From positions 13,330,001 to 13,394,000 of the forward strand of contig OX442314.1 of the NCBI GenBank assembly GCA_949358305.1: a stretch of 64,000 bases of DNA. The letters are read 5' to 3'. This document shows positions 46,730-60,434 of the stretch, one piece after another. The translations under genes and the position numbers were made by a program. The stretch is from Strigamia acuminata. Lineage: Eukaryota. A model generated the notes under the pieces. The model was not told where the DNA came from, ran no database searches, and was given only the letters and a program-made list of their open reading frames with translations. Each line of letters opens with the position of its first letter. Positions within the stretch are counted from its first letter, which is position 1.

Positions 46730-47753
46730 ATGGCTGCAAAATGCACACCTATTGAGTTCGGAGTGAGAAAATTAATAATTAAAAAGCATTCCGAAGGCAT
46801 TTCCAATGCACAAATTGCAAGTCAAATAGGAATTCATCGTTCGACTTTGGGCAGAATTATCAAAACGCATGAAGAAACCGGAAAATGCAATGCGAGATCA
46901 AGGTCAGGTTGTCCACGCCATACAAAAAGACAGAAGACAACATCCTCAGAAGTCTTGTGAAGAAATCCAGGAAAGATTCTGCCAGAAAAATAACAGCTAA
47001 ATGGATTGATATACCGTACTGCCTCATTTAAACGCCCGGGCGTTTAATTCTTTTTTTGAGCCGACCCCCTCCCGGTAAAGTCGGTTCGGGGCAGCACACG
47101 GTGCAATAAACGCCGCCCAACCCCCGGCGGCTAAATGAACCCGGGCGTTTAAATGAGGCAGTACGGTAATAAAAAAACCTGTATCTGAAAAATTAACAAG
47201 GCGCCGACTCCAGGAAATGGGATATGGATTTCGAGTTGCAAAGAAGAAGCCACTTCTCACACGTGCAATGCAAAAAAAACGAGTTTTATGGTGCCAGAAA
47301 CATAAAGATTGGACTGTTTAACAGTGGAAACAAGTTATCTTCAGCGATGAGTCGCGATTTTGTTTGTTTAAAGATGGGAAAACTACAGTTTTAAGAAAAA
47401 AGGTAGAAGAATTCCATCCCCATTGCATTTCAAAGACTGTCAAATTTGCACCTGGGATAATGGTTTATGGAACCATGACAGTAAACGGACTTGGAAGCTT
47501 AGAAACTGTGAAACAAAGCATTAATGCAGAGGTTTACATCAATGTTTCGGATAATTGCCTCATTCCAACCGCCAAACACTATTTTCCGGATGGCAGTTAC
47601 ATCTACCAACAAGATGGTGCGCCTGCTCATAGAGCGAAAGTATGGGAATTGATGTGTTGGACTGGCCAGGAAACTCATCGGACCTTAATAGTATCCATCC
47701 CTAGAAGGATTACAGCAGTTTTAAAAGCTAGAGGTGGAGCCACGAAGTACTGA
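46730..47753 (+). pseudogene. Tc1 transposase pseudogene
   Basis: HTH N-terminus (ISNAQIASQIGIHRSTLGRII...RSGCPR), VIFSDESRF, YQQDGAPAH, WPGNSSDLN and SIPRRITAVLKARGGATKY, broken by frameshifts, deletions and a MITE. Confidence 0.9.
47014..47166. mobile_element. 153-bp MITE with CCGTA termini (pogo/Tc2-like), TA TSD, nested in the Tc1 transposase
   Basis: Perfect 27-bp TIR ccgtactgcctcatttaaacgcccggg. TA at 47012-47013 and 47167-47168. Confidence 0.9.
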
Positions 47754-48955
47754 GAAGAAAGTTGCAGGACTTTTGTACCAATTTTGTTGTGTTGCAGGAC
47801 TTTTGTCTCTAGTGTATTTTTTATTTTTGTTTTTTTCGTACTGAATAAAGATGTTTTCAGCTGATGTTATAAAGTGATTCCAGTCTAAAAAGATAGAGCT
47901 TTTCAATTTTTAAAGTTTAATTGCTCTAGCTGTCATGGTTTTTATGCTAGATGCCATCAAAGTTTGAAGTAAGTGAAAAAATTGCTCTGTTGTAGGACTT
48001 TTGTCCGGGGGTTGTAGTGGCACTTGCACTTGTCAGGTTAGGCTTGGTTAGGAATTCGGATGCTACGCTATTTTTCCAATTCAACAAAATCAGATCTCCT
48101 CTGCTGGATAGTATTTGTTAATCCTGAAATTGTTGGTTTCTATCTTGAATTATGTAGTACTGTTTTTATTCCTCAATACATATTACTGAGTACTTTTTGA
48201 CAACACTACATTTGTTTCAATTCATTGTTGAGCATTTACGTAATTCCTGTCCTTGTATAAACTGGTTTTGTATTAAATACAGTTAATGGATATGTTTTAT
48301 CCCGTTGCAGTTTATCATTTATCCTTTATTATTTGTTAGGTATTTTATCCTTGGTCTAGTTTTTATTAATCCATTTGATTAAACGAATGTCGTAATATGA
48401 AAACAGAAACAGAAACAAACCTGGTTTAATCTGCTGGATCCTGGAACTCTAGGAGTTTAACATTATTATCAGAATTATAGGTAACGAACCCTGGGGTTCA
48501 GCAGGAAATTTTATGTGATGAATATTAGTAATATATAGAGCGGAAGCGAGATAGTTGAGTGGTATGCTTGTCAGGGTTAAACCGGAAGCACCAATCCATT
48601 ACACAATTTATTAACACATTACAACCAGGTGCACCAGGTGGCACATGTAACTTACAAAGTGTAATCATAAAATATCACAATATTACGCCTGCAAAAGGCT
48701 CCAGACCGCCTAAAGGTCTGAGATGAGAAGCAGTGGTCTGGGATATTGTGGTCGTTCGGTAAAATGAACTTTTTACCAAATGAATACCTGTGGCTTAAGT
48801 TTTATTACTTGTCCAAATGTGACCGGTTTCCGGTTTCCTGATAGAAGAAGGAGAACCTCGAGCTGTGTATGAAAATTCTTTGGAGGAAGATGAAGAAGAA
48901 GAAATTCCTTGGAGGCAATACTTGTACTCATAAGAGAATAATGTGTATACTCTGG

Positions 48956-49341
48956 CTCATCGTAAGAGGCGGACCAGTTCCTATTGGCCGAGCCATTTTA
49001 CTGGTGTAGGTATACATAAAAATAGGCCAAAATACATGTTGAGTGCTTGCCAGACAAAACAATCAACCATAAAATTCAAAAATTGCTTGCTTTCCCGACA
49101 AAGCAACCAAGAAACTGAACGAACTGAACAAACATGTATTTTGAAAAAGTAACAGCATAAAACAGTGCTTTAAGACTTTTTAAAACATTTCATTAAAGTC
49201 AATTTACATCACTTCAACCATCTACAATAATCAAACAAATTCAAAACACAACAAAACTACATTTCTTGGTGGTAGTATAAAGGCAACAGTTAGGAGTAAA
49301 CAGGCTCGGCCAATAGGAACTGGTCCGCCACTTACTATGAG
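48956..49341. mobile_element. TIR element or MITE with about 39-bp inverted repeats; TSD not resolved
   Basis: ctcatcgtaagaggcggaccagttcctattggccgagcc / ggctcggccaataggaactggtccgccacttactatgag. Absent from the paralogous position near 44170-44200. A related fragment lies near 42380-42560. Confidence 0.7.
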
Positions 49342-49895
49342 AATGTTATTTGTGTCTTATATTTGTGTGTTCTTATTATTATTAGGCCTAAAGGTTTATT
49401 TATATATATGGAAAAGAAAAGGGGGTTTTCTTTAGATTTAAGGGGGGGGGGGGAAGATGTGACATTTGATTTTTAAAATTATAACATTTTTACGTAATAA
49501 TTTTGTCATAGTACCTCGGTGTTAAATTATGTCACTTGAAGAGTGTTTATTTTTAGTTACAATATATTATCTGAAGTGTTTAAGTAACAGTACAGCATGT
49601 GTCATTGTATTGTTTCTTTGTTTTAACAGTTTACTTTTATTATCTAAACGTTGTGATTGTACAGTTACCTTTTTGTTCTGGTCAAGTAAAGATCAAACAG
49701 TATTTGTGCCCAAAAGAGACTTAATATTGGTTCTCATCACATTATTTCATTAAAAAAAATTTTTTTTGCATTCTGAAAAGCATTAACCTTTGGCTTGATA
49801 ACTCTGTTTTGCAATAGAGAGCAGCAGTTGACAAGCATCTAATTTCTACTCCCAAGTTTCATATCAAATAAATGACGTCATTATTTGTGACAATC

Positions 49896-51307
49896 ATGGA
49901 GGCATTAAGTTTTGACTATCTTCAACAATTGTTAGAAGAACACTGGGCTTTATTCAAATTAGTAGTCGTTGCTGTTAGTGAGTATTTCAAAAATCGCTTG
50001 ATCAAAGTGATTGAGTTTCATTTCTGTTTGTAGGTGCCATAGTCATTCCAATTGTGGTAAGGAAATGGCTTAACGGCGGTTGGTGTTACAGCACAGTCAA
50101 GTTATCTGGAAAAACCGTGATCGTCACTGGAGCTAACACCGGAATCGGGAAAGAAACGGCTCGAGATTTATTTCGACGAGGTCGAGTTAACTTCAACCCA
50201 GAACTACACAGAGAAACCATAATGAATTCTGTTTGCTGTAGGGGCAAGAGTTATTTTAGCATGTCGAGATTTGGATAAAGCAACTCGGGCTGCACGGGAG
50301 ATTGAATCGACGAGTCCAAAGTCACAAGGTGAATTGCTTGTTCGTCACCTTGACCTCGCGAGCCTCGACTCCGTTTATGAATTTGCTAAAGATATCCTAA
50401 TTGAAGAGGCTAGAATCGACATTTTAATCAACAATGCAGGTGCTGCAGAGTCGGATGAATAAGTGAAATCATAAGCTTAAAATTAGTTTTTAGGTCTTTT
50501 GTCGGGCCAAAAAAAAACGTTTGATGGTTTTGATTTGGTTTTTGGAACAAACCATCTCGGCCATTTTCTACTCACAAATTTATTGCTGGAGAAAATTAAA
50601 GACTCCGCGCCCTCTAGAATAATTAACGTATCATCGAATGCACATGAATGTAATTACATTTTAAATCAAACAAGTGCTTTCAAAATTATAGAAAATGTCT
50701 TTTTTAAAATAGTCGGAAAAATGCATTGGGACGATTTAAATTTGACTGATAAAGGAGTCTACACGGTACTTTCAGCTTATTGTCAAAGTAAATTGGCAAA
50801 TGTGTTGTTTACTAAAGAGTTAGCAAGCAGATTGGCAGGTACAGTATAAAAAGAATGATAATAAAGATTTGTAAATTCATTGATTACCTTAGATACCGGT
50901 GTGACCGTATATTCGTTGCATCCTGGGGCTGTTGGTACTGAAGTTTGGCGTTATATGCCTGAATTTCTCCCCAAGATTTTGATTGTTCTGTGGGATGTGC
51001 TCAGACCACTGTGCGTAAAGACACCGGTGCAGGGTGCACAAACCACAATTTATTGCGCCGTATCTGAAAAAGTTGCAAATGAAACGGGATTACATTACAG
51101 GTAAAATAATTTTTGAATTTTATTCCACATCTAACAGGTGAATTTCGGCTTTTTATTAGTGATTGCGTTGTAACGAAGCCTTGTAAAGCAGCCATGAATA
51201 AAGAAGATGCCACAAAACTGTGGGTAATGAGTGCAGAAATGGTTAAATTAGATAACACACTTAATAAATTGGAGAGTGCAATGAAAATGAATAAATTAAA
51301 GAAATAG
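49896..51307 (+). CDS. RDH11/12/13-like SDR, copy 6 (7 exons)
   Basis: Same motifs and exon structure; YCQSK. Confidence 0.87.
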
Positions 51308-52568
51308 ATAATGTTTGCAAAATTTTGAACTCAGATAATTATTGAGTTAGAAATAAAAAAACAAATTACCAAAGGACCCAAAGAACCCAAAAAACATACT
51401 ATGAGACAGAAAGCACAGTTTATTTTGTTAGTAAATTGGACATTGCAATGAAATAAAAATATAATCCCAAATATTTTAGCGTTAGATTAGAAATAAATAA
51501 TCATAAGTACCATACTTGTCATTTGATTAAACCTATGTCGAAATATGAAAACACAAACAGAAACTAACCTGGTTCAATCTGCAGGATCCTGGAACTCCAG
51601 GAGTTTAACATTATTATCAGAATTATTGATAACGAATACTGGGGTTCAGCAGAAAATTTTATGTGATGAATGTTAGTAATATATCGAGAAAGTTGAGTGG
51701 TATGCGTGTCAGGGTTAAACCGGATGTACCAATCCATTACATAATTTATTAACACATTACAACCAGGTGCACCAGGTGGCGCATGTACAAAGTTTAATCA
51801 TAAAATATCACAGTATTATGCGTCTAAAAGGCTCCAGCCCCCCTAAAGGTCTGAGATGAGAACCAGTGGTCTGGAATATTGTGGCCGTTCGGTAAAATGA
51901 ACTTTTTACCAAATGAATACCTGTGGCTTATGTTGTACAGTATATGTGACCGATCGCAGCGATTCAGTGCAAGCAATGAAAAATGGCAGGAGAAATTCAT
52001 TGAATGATTGTGATTGATGGTTCAGCTTAAATAATAAAAGTTCTTGGCTCTTTGAACAATTGGCTGCATGTGGTATTTTTTACAAAAGCTGATGAAGATA
52101 ACAATTTCTCATAATACAATTAGTACAATGAAATCTTTCGTTTTCTTCCCAATCTATGTATAATCCATGAGAAAAACATCAAATTTCCTCATTTGTACCC
52201 TGGCTGGTAACCCTGGTAACGATACCCTGGCGATGCAACAGGGCATAAAAGTAACCAATGCAACGAAACAATACTACAACTCAAACATCAAGTTGAAATT
52301 GAAGAACACCACTCCCCTGTCTGTCTATGTCGTTTCCCTTTCGTAGCGCGGACCTCTAGAACAAATTACCCTCAGACATCCGTTTTCTTGTTCTGCACTC
52401 AAAACAATCAACAATCAACAATCAAAACTACTTTGAATATCCGGTTCTTATTATAATTTACTCGTTTTGAATGCAAATCAATAAATAAATGAATAAACAA
52501 ATAAACGTACCGGTATACATATCTGTGTAGGTATTACACCTTTTGTTACCAGAATTTCTTATCATAAG

Positions 52569-52598
52569 TTTATTTCTGGTCACGTGACCAGAAATAAA
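52569..52598. promoter_or_regulatory. Perfect 30-bp palindrome centred on GTCACGTGAC, upstream of SDR7
   Basis: tttatttctggtcac|gtgaccagaaataaa. Confidence 0.6.
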
Positions 52599-52670
52599 TC
52601 TGTTTCCACTGATGAAGTCATAACATTCTGTGCTTAATGCTGGATCAGCATGCAGCCATTGAGCTCATTG

Positions 52671-54209
52671 ATGCAGCTTAATCATATACAATTTTATTTA
52701 CAAGAAAACTGGCCTCTGGTGGTATCCAGTTTACTGATTATTATAGGTATGTATCATACGTAATTGAGTACAGATGCAATATAAGAAGCGTAGGCTTGAG
52801 CCTCGGTATTGCCAGGGCCACAAAAACGATTTGTCTCCCATTCTTTGTTTATAGCTAGTTTTATTCCTTCATAAGGTATTCCTATTAGTACATTTTATCT
52901 AAGGCGGTTTCTTCAAGGCCAAAGATGTACCAGTAAACGTCAGCTGGATGGAAAAACTATTATAGTCACTGGTTCCAATATTGGAATTGGAAAAGAAGCT
53001 GCTCGAGATTTTTACAGACGAGGTTAATTCGTTAACTCAATGCGTTCTTGATGGGACAGAAAATCTAAATCCAGTCTATTACAGGAGGAAGAGTTATTCT
53101 AGCTTGCCGAAATATGGATAATGCCGCTGAGGCAGCCAGAGATATACAATCAACGACAAATCACAATAAAGGAGAAGTGGTAATCCGCCATCTTGATCTT
53201 GCAAATTTCAATTCCATTCGTAAATTTGTTAAAGACATCCTAGCCACAGAAAGCCGGATTGATATTTTAGTAAACAATGCTGGTAGTGTAAACTCATATT
53301 ATTTAAGGGGCAGTGGTCTCTATTGCGCATCAGAATTCTTTTAATTGACTGCAAACCTAGAATTGATGCACAAAAGGGTCTCCATGATTCCCATGAATTA
53401 ATTTACAGCATTAAAAACCTACACATTGTTGTGTTTTAGGCTGTTTTGCAGACCAAGAATTGACGGATGATGGTTTTGATGTTGTTTTCCAGACAAATCA
53501 CCTTGGACATTTTCTTTTAACAAATTTGCTATTGGAAAAAATCAAAGTTTCAGCTCCTTCCAGGATAGTTAATCTTTCATCTAGGGCTTACGAATGTAAA
53601 CTCCATAATGGTTTAAAACTAGAAAAGTGTAATTTAAATAATGTTTGACTACACAGTTGGACAAATGCATTGGGATGATTTGAATCTAACCAAACCTGGC
53701 GCCTTCGGCCCATGGAAAGCTTACGGCCAGAGTAAATTAGCAAATATTTTGTTCACTAAGGAGTTGGCTCAAAGGTTAAAAGGTATAAGTTTAAAATATC
53801 AACAAATTATTGTCAATAACACTGAAATTATTCTAGGTACTGGTGTAACTGTATATGCTGTTCATCCTGGAGCTGTTCGTACGGACTTACTTGTAGGCCG
53901 TAACAATTCCAATTTTCTCCCTGTTTTAACGCATTGGCTAATATCTGCGGCGAAGATGACACTGTTTAAAAGTGTCGAGCAAGGAGCTCAAACAACGATC
54001 CATTGTGGTGTTTGCGAAAAAGCAGAAAATCAAACGGGATTATTTTACTCGTAAATATAAAATTCTGAGTATTAAATACTTAATTTGTTTCATTATTTTA
54101 ATTGTTCAGCGACTGCAAACCAGCAAAACCACAACAACACGCCAGAGATGAAACATCAGCCAAAATGTTGTGGGATTTGAGTGCAAAATTAGTTAATTTA
54201 AAAGATTAG
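52671..54209 (+). CDS. RDH11/12/13-like SDR, copy 7 (more divergent subgroup)
   Basis: [35 protein letters not shown]; 7 exons. An alternative in-frame ATG is at 52650. Confidence 0.85.
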
Positions 54210-55201
54210 GCCTAATTATGTGCAGAATTAACAGGGATGTTGCCTTGACAACCACAGATTGTTGTGAGTAGTCCAATGAATAAATACACTACAATTGTTT
54301 CCCATTCAAACAATAAAAAATTACTAGATGTAAAAATCCTATGGTTAATCGTCCTAGTATTGACCAACCACATAGATAAATGAATCTCACATGTAAATTG
54401 TTTTAGTCGGTAAAATAAAAATACACTTTGTATTAGGAAATAAATTTTACCAATCTGTAGATGAACACAAATTGTTATTTGTCCATAGCAGTTGAAAATA
54501 TAAAACTTTAAGTTTTACCAAAGCAACAAAGCTCTCAAATTAAAATATATTTTTGGACAATGCAAGCACATTTATCTGCTATTTTGAGTAAGGAAACAAT
54601 TACCTCGAATGATTTAAATGATTTCTTCATTGTGTAATATCCCAACCTGTGTCAGCGTAGGCGTAGAGCTACGGATTGATTCAAATTCATACTTTCCACA
54701 ATTCAAATTTCACCCCGTCATTATCGACGGGCTGTCACTTGTCAGCTAGTGCAGACACAGCCAGAATTAAAAAAAGAAATGCAATTCCCCCAGCAAATAG
54801 TGAACATTTTAACATAAAAAGGTTTTTGAAAAGTTAGAACAATAACTTAACCTTAAGTGGCACGCAATGATGCAAGCTGGTGATAACAATTCTCCACAAA
54901 GTTGCAACATCATCAACCAAAACTCCAGTCTGCTCCTCAATCAAATGTGATCCATTAGAAAAAGAGGCGTCTTGATCTAACAACCTAACTTTCATCCATG
55001 TGGATATGCAATGCAACTTACCGTTTGCCAAAGTGATTATCAAATCAATTAAAAAAATCAAAAAGTACTTTGCACGTTTTAAAAAAAATACCTTATAGAT
55101 ATTTGATACTATCTAATCTATCACGTGATCATTTTATCGTGAATAAAACCAGTTGAATTCAGAATCGAGCACTAATTCAATGAAAACTTTAAACAACAAA
55201 C

Positions 55202-57317
55202 ATGGAGCTCGAAGACGTAGAGAATTTTTTAAAAGACAATTGGATTTGGTTGGTGGTTGCGCTGGTTATAGCAAGTAAGTGTTAACTTGATTTATTATAT
55301 TATAACCATAGATTTGATGGTTTGTTTGGATTTATTTTAAGGTGTCATCATTGGTGTCATTTTTCTTCGGAAAAAGATTAAGGGCCGCCGGTGTAGCAGT
55401 AAAGCAAGACTGGATGGCAAAACGGCCATTGTCACAGGTTCTAACATTGGAATGGGAAAAGAAACAGCTCGTGATTTTTACAAACGAGGTTAAGCAAAAT
55501 TTTATCAAAATAGAGAAAAACAAAACAAAATTCAATTTATTGTAGGTGCACGAGTTATATTGGCTTGTCGAAATATGGAAAGGGCGACTGAAGCTGCTCG
55601 AGACATACAAACAACCCCAAATACCAATTCCAACGGAACAGTCGTAATTCGTCAACTAGATCTCACAGATTTGAGTTCCGTTCGTAAATTTGCTACAGAT
55701 ATCCTAACCACAGAATCTCGGATTGATATTTTAGTTAATAATGCTGGTAATGCATAGTGGAAGGTGATTCAGACTCCTAACAATAGGATAGAAGGAATCA
55801 CAAAAGCACGGAAATGTGCTCAAGAGAGGATAGATAAGCCTAGTTTATGCTGTTTTTGCGGATATACATCTGCAGCTTGAAGGAGTGTGGATCAAATATA
55901 CTTGCTCGAAAATCAAACATGGTGTATTTTTTTTATTTCCATGCTTGTAAACACGCTCTGAACATGCGCTGTAACATTCTCACATTCCCTCTGAGCTTAC
56001 AGTTAAGCACTTTCTAACTTTTCTGATTCCTCCTAGAAAACAAATTCTCATTTTTTATTGTGAAAAATCATTCTGCAACAATAAAAATGAGTTGATATGA
56101 TGTCAATTAATTGTCATTGTACAAAAAAAATGCTCAACAAATTTACAATTTATATGTTTAATCTCCCATTGTTGGTTAAGAAGTTACAACTTGAAAAACA
56201 ATGTTGCAACAATGCAATAAAACAAGACCATCTAATTGGATTTGTCATGTGTCATGTCCAAATTCCTGCCAATCTACAGTATCATATAAACGATAAATTC
56301 CGTTATAAAAACCTAAAAATTGTTCTTTTTTCAGGCGTTGTAGTTGGCAAAAGTATAACGGAAGATGGCTACGATATGACTTTCCAGACAAATCATCTTG
56401 GACCTTTTCTTTTAACAAATTTACTATTAGACAGAATCAAAGCTTCAGCTCCTTCGAGAATAGTTAATGTTTCATCTGCAGCGTACCAATGTAAAAATTG
56501 AAATTCTCTAAGTTTCAAAAGACATACCAAAACGTTATTATTTCTGCAGTTTCACGTATGTATTGGGATGATTTAAACCTAAACGAGGAAGGGGCCTATG
56601 GTTCATGGAAAGCTTACGGTCAAACAAAGCTAGCCAATATTTTATTCACAAAGGAGTTGGCTCAAAGATTACAAGGTATTGCAAGTTATTGTCTTTAAAA
56701 GTGTTCATCGTGTCATTTGCTGTCATTATTTTAGGCACAGGAGTAACTACATACACACTACATCCTGGAGCAGTTCTTTCTGGAGTCAACCGATACGATT
56801 CCAATCTGGTCCCTACAATCTTTCATTGTTTCGTATATTTAGCCGAAGCATGCTTAATGAAAACTTCCGAACAAGGAGCTCAAACCCAAATTCATTGTGC
56901 CGTTTGCGAAAAAGCTGCACATCAAACAGGATTATACTACGAGTAAATTCTCAATCAAAATAATTAAAACAGCTAACGAATTCTTTACTGGTATGAGCAG
57001 ATTTTAGGACGGTTGGGGCACCTAGACCAGAAAAAAAATTGCTTAGCATGCAATTTTTAGGTATTATTACCTCTTTAACTAAGATCGGGAGAACAAATCA
57101 ATAATTTGGATGAATTCTTAAGCTATTTTAATTATTCCTTTATAGAAGTTAGATACTTGAGTTATTAATTGCTATACATCAATTATTTAGTGAATGTAGG
57201 CCATCGAAACCCAAAAGACATGCAAGAGACGACGCATCTGCCAAAATGTTATGGAATGTGAGTGCAGAAATGGTCAAATTAGAAGATAAATTAAAGACAG
57301 AATCCAGTAACTTATAA
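55202..57317 (+). CDS. RDH11/12/13-like SDR, copy 8
   Basis: MELEDV start, [23 protein letters not shown]. Introns 3 and 6 are longer. Confidence 0.85.
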
Positions 57318-57924
57318 CAACTTGTAAAAAAAACTTCCCACAGTTTCATTTGTACCAGAACTCCATTCCGGGGTTCAGAGGCGTTTCGGTTGTTAAATAA
57401 TTATATAAAAACATTTTTTGTTGGTATTTTTCAATAAAAAAATTTTCTTTCTACGAGGGGATTTATAACTTAATAACTGTCACATTAAATAAAAGAGTGC
57501 GCATTCAGTCAGACAGGAAAAAACACCATTGTGAACTACACCGCTCAAAGTGAACCTTGAAACAAAATTTGTTTGCCAACTGCAAAAGCTGAAACCTTGT
57601 CGATTGTTTTGAAAGCGATCTGAAGATAACACGTAATGTAACATCACAACAAAAGCTCTCTTCCGCTTTGTCCATTTGGATCCGCGATCCATGAAAAAGG
57701 ACGCCTCCCACTCTTCACATAATGAAGCGCAGAACTGTCACCAAACCAATGAATTCACTTCTTCAATAAACTTCCTAACCTCGAGAACATAAATCATATT
57801 TCCGATTCGTACCATGTTAATTACATGTTATAACATTTATTGATATTATCAGTCATCACGTGACCTATTTAGTACAGAGCAGTTGTTTTTCCAGTGATGA
57901 GTTTGCAACTTTTCCGGGATAAAC

Positions 57925-59618
57925 ATGGAGCTTGAAGATGTGCTCAACTTTTTTGAAGAGAATTGGCCTTGGCTGGTCGCTTTACTGGTCATTGCGAGTA
58001 AGTTTGATTGATTACCCATTAAAGATTGATCGTTTATTTTAAATTAAATCTATTTTAGTTGTTCTCATTGGCATACTTTTGCTTAGAAGGCGAATCAGAG
58101 GCCATCTGTGTAGCAGTAAAGCTAGACTAGATGGTAAAACAGTTATTGTCACTGGTTGCAATATTGGAATTGGAAAGGAAACTGCTCGTGACTTTTTTAA
58201 ACGAGGTTAAATAAAAGTAAAACTTATTTACAGACAAACCGAACTAATGCAATTCTCACACCATCCTAGGTGCAAAAGTTATCATGGCTTGTCGAAATAT
58301 GGACAAAGCGGCCGAGGCTGCTCGGGATATCGAATCAACACCAAACTGTAAAGGGACGGTTGTAATTCGTCAACTAAATCTTGCAAATTTCAATTCTGTT
58401 TGCAATTTTGCAAAAGAAATCCTCGCCACCGAAACCCGAATTGATATATTGGTTAACAATGCAGGTACAAACATAGTAGACGCAGAACGAACTGGCGTTT
58501 GACTTTGTCCCGAAAGAACTTTTCCGGGCAGTCAGGAACATAAATTGCCCCCGAATAGTCATTTATTTTTATACCGCTGAAGGCAAATTCGTTCTTGCCG
58601 ACGGAAGGAATAAACGCTGACAGTGCATCTGGAAAAACATTTCCATCAGCATTGTCTTTCCGACGCCCTGTATACTAGTATAAGAAAATTCGTGGTCTTT
58701 ACTCCCGTTTCCAAATTTCTGGTTGAAAAAATGAAACGGGATTTAAACTCTGATTGACTGAAACTACAATTAAATCTATTTTTTAAAAAATATTTAGGTC
58801 TTTTCGCAGCCAAAAGCATGTCAGATGATGGATTCGACATGGTTTTACAGTCAAATCACCTTGGACATTTTCTTTTAACAAATTTACTATTGGAAAGAAT
58901 CATAGCTTCAGCTCCATCGAGGATAGTTAATGTTTCATCCGCGGGACATCAATGTAAGATGCTGTATACTCTTCTGCTTTTATTATACATGATGATGATA
59001 GAATAAAATGACATTTTTACGTATAGGGGGACGCATGAAGTGGGATGATTTGAATCTAAATAAACCTGGCGCCTTCAAACCATTTAAAGCTTATTGCCAG
59101 GGAAAATTGGCCAATGTTTTATTCACAATGGAGTTGGCTCAAAGATTAAAAGGTATAGGCCTGTAAGTTTAAAATTTCAATATATGAATTATAAATTGTT
59201 ATTAATCACATTAGGCACAGGTGTAAATGTGTACACACTGCATCCAGGAGCCGTGCACACTGGATTCAACCGTAATAGTTCCGATATTTTTCCTGCAATA
59301 TGGCGCCCTGTGATATCTGCGATGGAGATATTCCTGTTTAAAAATGCAATGCGAGGAGCTCAAACATCAATTCACTGTGCAGTGTGTGAAAAAGCAGCAA
59401 ACCAAACCGGCTTATATTACGAGTATATTTTACATTTTCTATTTTGATCCTAAAGTTGCTAATTACCGGTATGTCAATTGTTTAGTGAGTGCAAACCAGT
59501 GAAACCCGCAAGACGTGCTCGGGATATAGCATCTGCTAAAATGTTGTGGGATGTGAGCGCACAAATGGTCAAATTAGAAGATAAAATAAATGTCGAATCA
59601 GCTTTAAGTCATTTATGA
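57925..59618 (+). CDS. RDH11/12/13-like SDR, copy 9
   Basis: MELEDV start, [23 protein letters not shown]. Confidence 0.85.
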
Positions 59619-60434
59619 ACTCGGAACTCACTACAGTGAATGTAAAAAAAAAAACTATTTAAGCCCCTATGAAATTCTGAAATATTTAGCCATAATTATT
59701 AAGCCATAATTGTATAGTTCTAGAACAATATACTTAGCAGTTTAGATGTTGCATGAGCAGTTTTCAATCACTTATAACTTAAAAATCATGCATTTAGAGA
59801 AGATTCGTGATCTTTGATGCAGGAACCATTATTCGTTTTTTGCATATAAATCAACCCCCCCCCCCCCCATCAAAAGTTATTTGTAAATTATCATTTGCAA
59901 CACGGATGTAAAATCCGTTCAAAGATTTGTAAAAACACATGTTTAAAAAAAAACTGAACAAATTAGGCTTCTTTTGAATTCAAGAGCGGAAAGTTAATAT
60001 CCTTTGTAATATCAAACGTGTTTGATGTGGGTTGTTGTTGTAATAACTTGATCTAAAGATAACGCTTCTCCATGAAAAAATCTGAAACAACTTTTTTACT
60101 TCCTACATGTATTCATATGCAACCCGTCCACTGTACTGTAACTTTCGCGTTTAGAATTAAAACAAATTATGACAATTTCGCATACGCGGGACTCTTTAAT
60201 TTCTCAAAGCACTTCAGTGAGCAATGAAGAATTACAATTCAAAAGCATTGCAAGCAATTGACTTTTCAGATTAACCAAAGTCGGAAAAACTGTAAAAAGA
60301 ATATTTTTTTTCTAAATGCACAGCATACACATATTTAATTACAACCTCTATTGATATTCAATCATGTTAAAAGAGTGTAATGGTTACCCACACGTTAAAA
60401 TGTAATTACCCAATGGTTAATTTTTGTATTTTAG

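Larger units (their letters stand above)
46339..48014 (+). mobile_element. Tc1-family DNA transposon with long IR/DR-type TIRs (about 256 bp), defective
   Basis: TIRs at 46339-46594 and 47759-48014, each with repeated aaaagtcctgcaac. TA TSD at 46337-46338 and 48015-48016. The empty paralogous site agtatcTAgtggca is near 41887-41900. Confidence 0.93.
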
